This document shows positions 24,405 to 36,857 of a stretch of 64,000 nt of DNA, one piece after another (the first letter of the stretch is position 1; every line of letters begins with the position of its first letter). Under the pieces are notes generated by a model that was not told where the DNA came from, ran no database searches, and saw only the letters and a list, made by a program, of their open reading frames with translations. Made by a program: the position numbers and the translations under genes. The DNA lies in assembly GCA_973895155.1 (NCBI GenBank), contig OZ316899.1, positions 1,945,573 to 2,009,572 of the forward strand. The letters are read 5' to 3'. This DNA is from Marsupella aquatica. Lineage: Eukaryota; Plantae; Marchantiophyta.

Positions 24405-24416
24405 TGGTATCAGAGC
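24405..24416 (+). promoter_or_regulatory. Primer-binding site complementary to initiator tRNA-Met
   Basis: TGGTATCAGAGC, the canonical plant Copia PBS. Confidence 0.92.
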
Positions 24417-25260
24417 ATGCCTGGGAGGTGACATTGTTTGTGACGGGATTCCATGACGGTTTTTTCCAGTGTTGAATGTCGGTGGATTTTCCGGAGTTCC
24501 GTCGCATGGAACTTGGAGTTTATGGGCTCAATGGATAGATTGGGGCAAGGGCTTTCTAACGGTGTGAAGAAATTGCTGAACGGAGCTTGTGGTGCAGAGA
24601 GATCTAAGTTTTTGTTGTTCTGGATTTTGTGAAGAAAGTCGGCAACATTCGTGTTTGACGGTTTTTCGGAGGAGGGACCAGAGTTTGTTTTCTTGACGGT
24701 GTGAGCTCTACGGCAAAGGAGGCATCGCATGCTGTAGCTCTGCTTGTAGATTGGGATGAGCTGATCGTTTTGGTAGATGGTTTGTTGCCGAGTGTGTGAC
24801 GAGTGCGTCGCAACAAGCAAAAGAAGCATTATGATTTTCTGACCGGCTATGGAGTCCTCTTTTGCCTGAGCGGGGTTTCTCGTCATTGCGCTCGACTCAG
24901 AAGGAGGGACGTGAAGTGCTTGGGCTGAACGAAGAGATCACGAAGAGGTGATCGTTTTGAGTCCAAGATTGACGGTTTTGCCCATGGGAGGAAGGAGTTC
25001 TGAGTTTTTGCCACTGATTGACCAGCAAACGGTGTGGGTGTGCAAATCTTTCCAACCCACCAACATCGGTTTTTGATTCCTCACCATAATCCGAATGTTA
25101 CAAGGTGCAAGCTCTTTTTGTTTGATTTCTACAAGCATTTTTGGATTTCTTATGGGCCAATTTTTTGTTCGAAAAATACTCTCTCTCTCTCTCTCTTTGG
25201 ATAAGTATGGACAGTACATACAAAAAAAAACAGAACGCTGACTAGGGTACGTCAATATTT

Positions 25261-28200
25261 GTAACACTTAGTTGATGACATCTTAAAAGATTACACAGTA
25301 TTCTAAACAATTTATGTATTTACACATGTAAAGTCTATGTATGGTCTCTCTCTCTCTGGTCTCGTATAGACTGGACATAGGTAAAAGGATCTTAGAAAAG
25401 AATATGATATTCATGTACTTTGTTTTAATATAAATAATACATGGTATACGTAATACCCCAGATATACAACACGTATACTGTATTGAATGAGCTACTGTAT
25501 ACAACAACATAACCTAACAAACAGCCACCATTTTGATGGCTACCCTAAAAAAGTAGCGCTTTTTTAGTCTCCCTAGTACCAGCCTATATGTTGTGCTCCA
25601 CACCTGTACACTTTGTCTCTACTAGAGGATCTTTTGCCTCCACTATTCTCCCGCTTCAGCTTTGGCTCTTGATCTCACTATGCTACCACCCTCTCCATAG
25701 TCTGGCACTATATTCCCCCTTCACATGATGCTCGACTTTGTGGGACATTGCTTTCTGTCAAGTGCTGTGGCGGGACCCCACAATATCAGTCAGAGTACAC
25801 ACAAAGCTCAGTGAGAGGGTGACACCGCTCCTTCTACTACACCAATAGTCACAAAATAGAGCACTATGGCACGGGCTCCACAGGTATGTGCTCTTCACCA
25901 ATGATTCCCTTTCTCAACTCATTATATGCTTAGCTTTAGTCTAGATCAATGCTAGCCTAGGATAAATGCATGTCTCCCCTTTGCCGCTGCGGCTAATGGC
26001 AGCAGAAACATGTAACTGGAATTAGTGTTGAAGCACATGATTCACCTCAAGGATGGGGGCTGAATGACGACTTTGAGGATGTAGAATGGTCTGATTTCAA
26101 CCATACTTTTACCCTGGATAATGGTCTACTTCATGCTGTTTGAATCACAGTGCTGATGTACCGCATTGATTTTACATCTAAGCCATGTGAATGTGCTTTG
26201 AGAAACATAGCATAGATTAAAGTAGCACTACTGTACTAATGACTAACAGAAACTTCTGTTGTGGTGTGATAAGGACTCCAATACTCCAATCCGCTATTCA
26301 GGGACTCACAACATACAAAACTATTTAAATGAGAAGTCAATAAGGATGTGTGGACCCAATGCTTTGTCTTGTCATGGATATGTAAAGTATTACTTACCTG
26401 CTTCCGTATCAACTCAATAAACAATAGTTAAATGATTCTGCACCAATCAAAAGTGGACTCTACTTCTGTCATGTAGGCAAGTGAACATGTCAGATGAACA
26501 CTGTAGACAAATAGCATGTGTGACATCATAGGACCAACCAACGCTCCAGCTGCATTTGTGATCAAGTTTAACTCTGTATGTGAATATAATGCCTTGAATG
26601 ATCAGGGTGTATGTCTGCGTATCGCCCAATATTACCCTTACACTGTGGAGCCTAGGGTTTGTATGGATCATATATTAGCCCTACCTTGATTGGGGCCTTG
26701 AATGGGTGTTTTGACAACACTTATCTCTCTCTAACCATTACCACTCCACTGATTGGTTTTGGTGGACCACTATCAATGTCGGAACTAATAAGATACCTGG
26801 ACGGATGCCTGCTTACAGAAAGGATGGTTATGGGAACTTCAAATGCTTGGATATGACAATGACTTGCCTCGACCATGTAACAAGACCATCCAAGTTACAC
26901 TGGCGTCCATTTGGCAACCAGAAATTCACACAGGCATTCAAACACATGATCGCGCCGTGATGCAACGAGGTCTGGATGAAGAGCAAGGTCAGTTATTATT
27001 ATACACCCTTGGAATCAATGAATGGTTTTTGGTATACCAAGCCGTTGGGTACTCTGGCACCGACGCTGCACTCAAGCAACTGGACAGCTTGATCGTCGCA
27101 TTAGACAACTTTGAGAGCATAGATGAGGACAAGTTAGAGCAAGCACATAGCCTCGGTCAAAAACTAGCCAATATGCTTGCTTATGCACCTGCTGTTACTG
27201 GAGCCTGTAGTAGCACTGATACTTCGGCCAATTTGGATATCACCCACAAATTGCGTGAGAACCCACTCATCAACACCGAATGGCTGTCACCTGAGGAACA
27301 TGCTGCTTTCAATGAGTCTATAGATGGAGCCCAATCGTCGCTAAAGGAGTTTGATAATTCCAAACAGGATGGTGAACCGTTCATCCCAAACAATCCTCCA
27401 CGTACGCTCGAGTGGGAAGCCTCAAAAATGGATTGTTGTATGTGGAGAATACCAAATATTAACAACTTAGCTCCAATGTCGATCAATATGTGGAAGTCGT
27501 GGGCTTCTTTGTCATCCGAGGATGTCAAACTCTACAGGACCAATGCACTTCGCGGATTCTCATGGATTGAAATGTCTCCTCCATACATTTCACGTTGGCC
27601 GATGACTGTGTTTGGAGCGCCTAAATACAAATGCAATATTACTGCCGGGGCTAAAATTTGTGGTAACTTTGTTACCAACACATCGCGTTCGACCCAGGAG
27701 CACAAGACTAAACTTTGGAACTGGCATAGACCGTTTCTTCGATGCTCTTGTAACTCTACCTCCAAAGGAGGATCCACAGGACAGATTATATGGTTTGACC
27801 ATGCAATATGGTACATGGCCAACCATCTGGAGATGTTCTTCAATGCTACTTTAGCACAGGGATGACTCATACTTATGATGAGTTTCCTCGGCGGCGAAGC
27901 CAGACGGGTAGTTATGGACCATGTTGCTTTCATTTTTGTTCGACAACTTATTTTAGAAGCTTCTACTGAGCAACTCCATGATCCATTGGCACAACTCCTT
28001 GCTGGACAAGGGGATGCCAAGGGTGCCCGCATTATCGAAACATTGATTAAACCGGGGGAATTTTTGGAGCAGACTCCTCCTACAAAACGCAAATGGAATC
28101 TCAACCCAGCTCCATCGGCCGAGTCCAGCAAATGAAAGGGTATCTATGCTAATCAGACCCCGCAACATGGGCGTGGACGTGGGAGCTACACCTGGCGACC

Positions 28201-29740
28201 AAATTCGAATAATGGCCCAAACAATCAATCCCAGGGACCGAGTACACCTTCTGGCAGCAATGCGAATACTATTGGGCAATCACCTCTACAACGCCGCAAC
28301 ATCCACTTTAATGACTTTTAAACACGATTAGATATGTTATATGGTCCAGTATCGATTCCCCAACAGATTTGATGCAGCTGAACTAGATGACTCTCCGTGC
28401 GTGCAATTGTGAGTAGTATGATGATGGACAACTTACCACACCAGGACATAGTTTTTTGCACACGTACCTTCACATATAGAAAAATAACTACTAGTATAGG
28501 TAGCGACAAACTAGTAGCGATACTACTTCACATAGATGACAGATTTTATTTTTGAATACAAATACTTGATCTCTGCACTGTTAACTTTGGCTCAATTAAC
28601 ATTACTCGGCTATATCTTGGTACATCCTGACTATGTGTGTTTGACTCTCTGACCAACACTACTAATGATTGGATAGCAGCACTCAACTCAAAAGTCACTC
28701 GAATATAATTGAATACGGATGCGACGCTCAATACTAACAATGCCATGTTATACAGATGATCGACGGATAATTCAGCTCCCACATGGTCGATTCACTATCT
28801 CATAAACCATGGTTTGACCTTCCCAGCATTTTGTGCATCTATTATACACTAGCCGAGCGTTCGAATGACTGTTGCTTCGAAGGATTTTCATCGAATGCCT
28901 CACACAACTACACATCAACAGCCCTGATAACATCATGGATTCTATTTGCTTCGGATGGAGATACATGACTCCAATGTCTGCTCTCTGCTATCACCCCGTG
29001 CAAGTTTTTTGTAACTTTTCCATTGAAACAATCGACAGTGATCTATCTTGCTGTCGTTGCAACTCCAACCAATTCACCCCATTCACCGACCCCTTATCCC
29101 GCAATGAATGGCACTTGCCTGATACCGATGATAAATGTCATGTTCAAACTACTGACCTGACCATCATCCACGATAAACTTCTACGCACGGCTCTGTCATA
29201 TGGGCTGAACCACATTCTACCTCCCGCGTGCGCCTTAACCCCCCACAACCAGCCGGCCGCGACCTCCGGCTGCCCCTGTGCTATGCCCTCGCACCCCCCT
29301 CCGGACTTGGTTTCCGGCCGGTCCCCATTCCGGCTCGCGGCCCGGCCTTGCCACTTTGCAGCTATTGCCGCCCCAAACGCCCTCCGTGCGCGTATCATGC
29401 GCCTGGCCCCGCCATACACCCCGGCTATACGCCTGTTTTTTGTTTGTAAAGGGGCTTTAAACCCCCTTTAGGCCTTAATTTTTATTTCTTTTCCTCCCTC
29501 CCCATTGGCTGCCGCATCCCAGGACCTGCCGCCCTCCACTTTAATCGCTTGGACAGGGGGAATGCCCCCCTGTGAGCCCTGCTGCTTTGTGCGGGAATAT
29601 TCCCCAAAAACATAGAGCGTGTTTTTGGCCATCCGTCAAAGATTCTGTCTGTCAAACAGTAACTTTTTTTGTTCGTCTTCGGCAAGTTGCTAGCCATTGA
29701 AGTTGGCAACTCGGTGCACAAATTGAATTGCATTTCCAGC
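25261..29740 (+). mobile_element. Insertion in the Copia 5' leader: probable Penelope-like retroelement fragment (Naiad/Chlamys-like), truncated before RT; boundaries approximate
   Basis: Long ORF1-like frame 26843-28320 with two in-frame TGA. Downstream decayed frame ending CCRCNSNQF.PF.DP...HVQTTDLTIIHDKLLRTALSYGLNHI, resembling the pre-RT linker of N-terminal-endonuclease PLEs. No RT or GIY-YIG motif seen. Confidence 0.45.
26843..28320 (+). pseudogene. Unknown protein (ORF1-like, about 490 codons) of the inserted element
   Basis: ORFs 26843-27865 and 27875-28135 and the following open stretch share one frame, separated by single TGA codons; C-terminus is Gly/Arg/Asn-rich. Confidence 0.5.
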
Positions 29741-30135
29741 GTCGGGTACTAGTTCACTTTTTGGTTATTCCCCGAGGTGGTCAAAACGGGGGAGAATTCC
29801 AAGTTTTACCCACCCCGACCAAAAAGTGAATAACTTTTACGTCGGAGTTTGGTTTTGATTCTGGTTTTCAGCATTGGAAAGCTAGGCTCGTGGGCTATGT
29901 GGCGGTGATAAGTTTTGAGTTTTTGGAGAGGTTGAGAAAAATGTCATTTTTTTCTTGCATTCTCACACGAGTGATTCGGAGGAGATTTTTGAAGACGTGG
30001 AGCTTGAAGTGGTGATCCTCGTGTTTCAAGCTCCACGTCTTCAAAAAGGTGGAGAGAGAGGAGCAGGAGGAAGCACACGTGACACCAGTACAATCACCGG
30101 TGCAGCGAGTAGAGGGGATTGTGAAGGAAAAATAG

Positions 30136-32248
30136 ATGACATCTAGGTTCGGAGGTGTCAAGTTTGAGGTGGAAAAGTATGATGGGCGTACGGACTACTT
30201 GCTCTAGGAGAAGCAAGTGAAATGAGTTCTTCACGCTATGGGCCTAGATCATCTTCTCTCTACACTAGAGATGTACAATGATGAGGAGGAGATTCCACTA
30301 AAGAGGTGGAGGCAGAAACAAGTAATTGCAATGAATGTAGTGATGCTTTATCTGAAGCCACATATCATCAAGAAGTTGGATGACTCCGCGGATTGTGCAT
30401 CTCTATTCAAAACCTAAGGGAGAAGTACTATCAAGAGGATGCATCAGATCAATTGTACAAGAAGTCTCTCTTGATGAGCCTTAGGCTCAAAGAAGGGAAC
30501 AAGCTCCAAGATCACTTGGATGAATTTGACAGCCTAGCTGTTGATTTGTCTAATCTCGGTAAGGGTGTTGAAGAAGAGGACAAGGCCTTGCTTCTTCTCA
30601 GTTCCTTACCCCCATCTTATCAGGGTTTAAAGCAGATTCTCTTGTATAGAGACCTGAAGTCTATTTCATACAATGAGGTGGTAAGCTCTTTGCTGTCAGA
30701 TGATGCACATATAAAATTGGGTCAAGCCCAGACAGCATCCTCATCTGGTGCTGCCTTGAATGTAAACCGTGGGAGGTCACAACGGCGTCCCGAGCAGCGC
30801 ACGAATGGTAAGGGACGAAGTAAATCTAGGACAAGATTTGCTTCAAGGGGGAAGTCCCAAGAGAAAGCCAGTAGTCTGCTGGAAGTGTCACAAGGTTGGT
30901 CACGTTAAGAGGGATTGTAAGGGTAAGGCAGCTGAATCTTCATCAGCCAATGTGGTTAGTGCTAATGGAAAAGTTGATTTACTCAATGATGAGTATGTTT
31001 TATGAAGTCAAGAGTATGCCTTGTGCACATCATCTAGGAGAGCAAATGATGTGTGGATTCTTTATTGTGCTTGCTCCTTTCACATTTGTTACATTCGTGA
31101 GTATTTCAATTCTTATTCTGTGTCAAACGGTTCAGTTTTGATGGGAAATGACCACTCCTGTCGAGTTGAGGGTATTGGATCTGTAAAGATTCAAATGTTT
31201 AATGGCATTGTGCGCACAATGTTCGGAGTCAGGTTTGTACCTAGCATGCGTAAGAATTTGATTTCACTCGGTGTGTTGGATACAAATGGTCATCAATGGC
31301 GAGTAATTGATGGTGAACTTCAAGTCATGTCGGGAGAGACAATGATTTTGAAGGGGAGTAGACAAAAGAATTTGTATGTGCTGCAGGGCAATACAGTATT
31401 GGAGAGGCCAATGTAACCAAGTCTCACGAGGAAATGACTCAACTGTGGCATTCACGGCTAGTCCACATGAGTGAGAAGGGTTTGGCTATCTTGCGGAAGA
31501 ATGGGCTCATTTATGATTTACAGTCTTATAAATTGGATTTCTGTGAGCATTGCATTTTTGGAAAGCAGCATTGTTGTGCTTTCGGTGTTAGAACTCATCG
31601 TTCCAAAGTGGTTCTTGAGTACATACATAGTGACGTGTGGGGACCATCCCTGACTCCCTCACATTCTGGAAAATTGTACTATGTATCCTTCATTGACGAT
31701 TACTCAAGATTTGTATGGATTTATTTCATGACGCATAAGTCTGATGTCTTGTCCATTTTTACAAAGTGGAAGGCCCAAGTGGAGAATCAGACGGGAAACA
31801 CGGTTAAGTGTTTGGATACCAGGGTGAAGAGTCTGAGGTCAGACAACGGCGGGGAGTACACTTCAATAGAATTTGAAGAGTATTGTGCATAACAAGAGAT
31901 AATTTGCCATCTCACCATAGTTTATACTCTGCAGTAGAATGGTGGCGCTGAGAGGCTCAATCGAATACTATTGGAGCAATCACGGAGTATGCTAAGCCAA
32001 TCAAGTTTACCACAAGAATTTTGGGCAGAAGCTGTCAATACTGCAGTTTATTTGGTAAATCTTTCTCCTTCTAGTGCAATCAAATTCAAAATGCCGTTTG
32101 AAATGTGTTATAAGCGGCAAGCAGACTATCATGGCTTGGTAGTTTTTGGAAGTGATGCATATGCTCTCACACCAAAGCAGAATAGGACCAAGTTGGATCC
32201 TACGTCCAAGAAATATATTTTTCTTGGGTATCAAAGTGGTGTGAAGGC
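30136..32248 (+). pseudogene. gag-pol: Copia gag, protease, GAG-pre-integrase and integrase; multiple stops and frameshifts
   Basis: KFEVEKYDG; LLLLSSLPPSY; CWKCHKVGHVKRDC; WILYCACSFHIC (degenerate PR); LWHSRLVHMSEKG...CEHCIFGKQH; IHSDVWGP, IDDYSR, RSDNGGEY. Confidence 0.93.
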
Positions 32249-32358
32249 TGTGATGCCTAGCCAGGAATCACTAGGCCGATTTACATGGTAAAAGCAGGAG
32301 TGTACCCTGGAAAAACCTTAGTATAGTAACAAGACAAGGAAAATATAAACAATTAAGG

Positions 32359-35300
32359 GTGACTATGGAACCCGGGCCGAGGCCAGAAGTAAGGACGCCG
32401 GGGGAGAGAACACGATTAGGGTTAGGGCATGCTAAGCATCGGCGGCTAGGGGTGACCAACGGGAGGGAAGACCAGAGGAGGAGAGGGGTAAGGACCGCTC
32501 GCGAGGAATTGTGGCTCATTTGCAAGCACGAACTGAGCAGACGACTACGGGAGGCCAAATACTGTCAACTACTTAGGCAAGCACTCTGGGTGGGAACAAA
32601 TACCAACAATAGAGTCAAGGAGGGTATGAGCAACGTCAATCAAGCGGCACATTTTTTGGGATGCCTGTTCGAACGGGCAACTGAGTACATTGGAACTTAC
32701 GAGGACAAAGAATCGGAGAGAGCAGCTTGAGAACGGCAGGAGCTCGCTCGACTGTGGGAGCTGCAGAAGTCTACCTTCTTAGGAGGAGAACTCATCAAGG
32801 CCGAGTTCTTGTGGACTCCTACTGCCAATCAGCTCGATGACCTTCTATTTTGTGAAGACAGAATTGTCGGCATTCAGGAAGCCATCAACCGCTGCAACGA
32901 CGCGCACTGGGAGTTGAAGGGTAGCACGGAAGGGTGGACAAAGGCAACTGTGCTAGGAGAAACATCCACGGCAGCCGAGATGAAGAGGAAAGGAAACAAC
33001 AACGAAGAGGCCACCCTGGAAAAAAGAACGAGGTCGGCGGCACCAAGAAAACCAGCAGAGCAGCAGAACAGGAGGCAGGGAGAAGCCGAAGAGGAGGAGG
33101 TTGATCCCATCAATGCCATTCCAACAAATGATGACACCTGGAAAGGCTGGGCGGCAACCCTACCAGAGGAAGTGCAATTACATTTTGCACGGGAGGAGGA
33201 TGCATGCTTTACGGCCATGCAGACCAAGAAGTACCAGGGCTTCATGGCCGGATCCGGCTTGGAAACCTTTGTAAGATTACCATGGCTGAAGCCGGAGGTG
33301 CCGGACTCAGACTTCTTAGAATTCGTGGGATCATGGGAACCCGAGACCAATTCCACGAGGGTGTATGGGAAGGATTTCTATCTCACTCCCCGGGTGATTG
33401 CCGAGGTGTTTGGCTTGCCGATGGGTAATAAGACCAAGGTTGATACCAGGAAGACCTTACTTGACAAGGAGTTCCGGTCATTCCCAGGACCATCAACGAA
33501 GAATGGCTTCTTCCGGAACAGCTGCACCAACTCGCACATCGGAGAGATGATCGATTTCTTGCGGGTGACCATGCATTGTAACTTGCTGAGGGCAGAGATC
33601 GGCAAGGCTCAGGTCTACCTAGCAGAAAGGCCAGACCCAAGCCGGGATTACAACGGGTACCTCCTCAACCAACTGAAGAAAATCTTGAAGGAGGAACAAC
33701 AGGTGATTGGCATGGGAAACGTGTCCCGGCTTGGCTATCACATGCCGTTGTTGTGCCGGTATGCCAGAAGTCAAATCTTTGCCCCAGTACTTCCCCTATC
33801 GGCAAGGGCACCGGAGGAGGTTTCGGAGTAGAGGCCGGCAACAGAAGAGCCCAACCAGCCTGTCAGTCCAATCAGGCATGCAGAATCTGCTGAAAATGCT
33901 GGAGAAGGAGAGAACGGCACCAGCAACGGCAACGGCACCGGTACAAGATGCTGCCCCAGAGGCCGGCCTAAGCCAACTTAGGAGGGGAAACCCCTTTACC
34001 AGAGCCAAGGAGAGAAGGAGGCCGGAACACAAGCCGGGAGTGCAAATGTATGTGGGAGCCTCAAGCCCCGAATTGGAGGCAGAGCAGCCTAAGGCTCCTT
34101 CCCGCGGAGAGCAGAGGGAGAGGACAGCCTGGAACCGAGAGGAGGAACAAGGGCCCGTGATCTGTGAGGCCATTTTCACGGCAGGACCAGGGGAACAGAG
34201 GGGAAGCAGGGAGTCCAAGCAGTGGAGGAGGCGGTGGAGGACTACAGCAATGATAACTCCGGCTATGGGTCGGATCATCATGTTCCAGGAGTAAGGACCT
34301 ATGGCCGATTTATCCCCACGCTTCCAAGAGTAGTTTGAGGGGACCCCACCCAGCAGAGTAGCCCCGAGTCTCCCCCACCAGAGGTTGCTCCCTTGAGCTT
34401 TGACGGCATAAAGCAGACGGCACAAGACTTTCAGGAGAAACTCAGGGAGGAAGAGAGGGCAGCCCTGGCTAGGGAGAAAGATTTATCAGGAGGAGATTGG
34501 CCGGAGGACATCAGGCGGCTTGCCAAAAAAAGAAGCAACCCTCTTGCCACCGTAGAAGAAATCCGCAAGGCGGCTTGGGAACAGAGGCCGAGGTGGTTGT
34601 TGCCGATGACTTCTACTTACTCCACCTATGCTAAGGATAGAGCCATGGAGTACGGGGAGATGTGTGGGGACCTGGCGCTCAGCATCTTTGGGGAGGAGTT
34701 GGAGCAGGGACCTTTCTTCCAGAGGGAGAGGTTGGAGAAGCACCGATTAGAAGAAGCGGTGGCTTTGGAGAGAAGCAAAAAGGACGAGGTCATCCGACGG
34801 CTTAGGAAGAAGGAAGCCGAGGTGGAAGTCCTGCAGGCGGCCAAGAAAGCCCAAGATGAGCTGCGGATTAAGCGGCATGAGCTAAACATCATGCAGGGGC
34901 AGTTGGATACCGCTCAGTCTGACAATCAGATTATCAAAGATAAACTGACTCGGACCCAAGGAGAGTTGGTCGGCGCAGTCAAGGAAAGAGAGAAATGGAA
35001 GCGGGAGCTAAGAGACGCAGAGGAGGCCCACTTAGCAACCAACAATCGGGCCATGGCGGAGAACCAGAGAAGGGAAAGGGCATTAAAGGGGGAACTCGAG
35101 GATATCCGCGGAGCCCTTGAGCAGAAGGAAGCAGAGTTAGGGAAATCCTATCAAGGGATTATTGCACTGCAGCAGGAGCTTGCGTCCCTGACGGCCAGCT
35201 TCAAGGCCGACCTGCGTGAAAAGGACGACCAGCTCGACCAGACTTATGCCAAGATGAATAAGATGGAGTCTGTGGTCGTAGCAGAGCTCGACAAGGAGCT

Positions 35301-36000
35301 AAGAGCAACCCAAGAGGAGAGGGCTACCTTAAAGACAGAGTTGGAGGAAGCCAAAAAGGAGCTGGAGGAGGCGCGCAAAGACCTGGACGAGACCCAGGAG
35401 GAGTTGGAGGAAATCATGAGGAAGATGGAGAACCTACAGCGGCGGGCCGACAACCAAACGGAGCGGTTGAAGAAACAAGCCGCAGTATTTAAATGCTTGG
35501 CTTCATCAGGTCCAACTCCAATTGGGGCAACCCAGTTACCAGGGGTAGTATTGGCCGAAGGACAAGCCGAGACACTCACCCCGGTGCCGGAGGTAAGTAG
35601 CAAGGGGAAGGAACCGGCTGTTGAAATAGGGAAGAAGAAGAAGCGGAAACCTTCTAGGTCTGGGAGTTATACGGCTTCTCAAGCTGTTGTGACCGAGAAG
35701 ATAAACCCGGCACCAACCTCCGACATCGGCACGACGGTGGATCCACCAGTCCTAGGAAGTGGGGATGGCAAGGCCAAGGCCGGGACAACCAGTAATGAAG
35801 CCGAGGTACCAGATCCTCCACTAGAACATGCCGGGGAGGCCGTGGCCGATGCTGAGGCCGAAGCCAAGGGTGGACCCAGTCAGGCCGATGAAGAGTTGAC
35901 TCGGTCCGGGGCAGGTAATCTGTCAGAGGACGGACCAACGACAGTGGTTGCGGAGGAAGCATTGGGGGCGTCCATTGAGGACCAGCCACCGGGGTCGTGA
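32359..36000 (+). pseudogene. LTR-internal ORF, 5' LTR copy (plant-mobile-domain/Athila-ORF-like region plus long coiled coil)
   Basis: ORFs 32359-32730, 32809-33831 and 34393-36000 share one frame. A 50-nt and a 1-nt deletion relative to the 3' LTR shift and then restore the frame. Motif EFVGSWEPETNSTRVYGKDFYLTPRVIAEVFGLP. Confidence 0.75.
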
Positions 36001-36300
36001 CGGTGTAAGGGAGCCGTCCCTTTTAGGGAGGGCGGACGTGGAGATAGGAGGCGTGAGTGGGCAGGGCGGGCGCTGATCTCCAAGTTTAGACTAAGGATCA
36101 GGACCAGGAGACGGCCCTGACACTTAGATTAGTGGGATTGTGGAGCCACAAGGGAGAGCGACACTTGTGCTCCTGCCTCGCTGTACATAGGTAGATTACA
36201 GTTAGGTAGATTACAGTAAGTAGATTAGGCTTACGCTGCAAGGAATCAGGCGGATCCACAACATCAATCTATTCATTAAAAGTGTATTATTATTTGATTT

Positions 36301-36606
36301 ATGTACATTTGGGCAATGAAAAGTGTACTTTTGGGGTTGGAAAAGTGTACATTTGGCCAATGAAAAATGTACATTTGGGGATAGAAAAGTGTACAATTGG
36401 CCCAATGAGTGTACATTTGGGCAATGAAAAGTGTAAATTTGAACATCAAAATAGGTAAAAGTGAGTACATTTGGCCTAGAAAGTGTACATTTGAGTGAAA
36501 AATGCATACATTTGGCTTAAAAAGTGTACATTTAAGTGCATTTGGTCTAGAAAGTGTAACTTTTAGTGCAACAAAGTGTACATTTGGCCTAAAAAGTGTA
36601 CATTTG
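36301..36606 (+). repeat. Left subterminal array of AAAGTGTACATTTG-like repeats (over 10 copies)
   Basis: Repeated near-palindromic AAGTGTACATTT core adjacent to the TIR. Confidence 0.9.
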
Positions 36607-36857
36607 CCTACCAACTCTTCTTATAATCATTTAAAAGAAAGAAATGAATAGAAAAATATTTTTAATTATGTAGAAAAAGCAAACATTCATATTCATAATG
36701 ATCAAAAGTTTAGAAAATGAGGAGATAGTATCAAATTAAAACTATTAGAATAGTAAATAACTAGTACGTAAATTACTATGTTTGAATGAGTGACTATCTT
36801 AGGTACATAAAAACTAGTAACTATCTATTTAATTATTATAGCTTCTAACAACTAAGT

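Noticed and set aside
24410-25510. Minus-strand ORFs in the Copia leader, and the many short antisense ORFs over TE genes elsewhere
   Set aside because: No recognisable motifs; they are shadows of UTR or opposite-strand coding sequence.
32359-36000. env-like gene interpretation of the extra Gypsy ORF
   Set aside because: No signal peptide or transmembrane segment is evident; the protein is charged and coiled-coil rich and lies inside the LTR.
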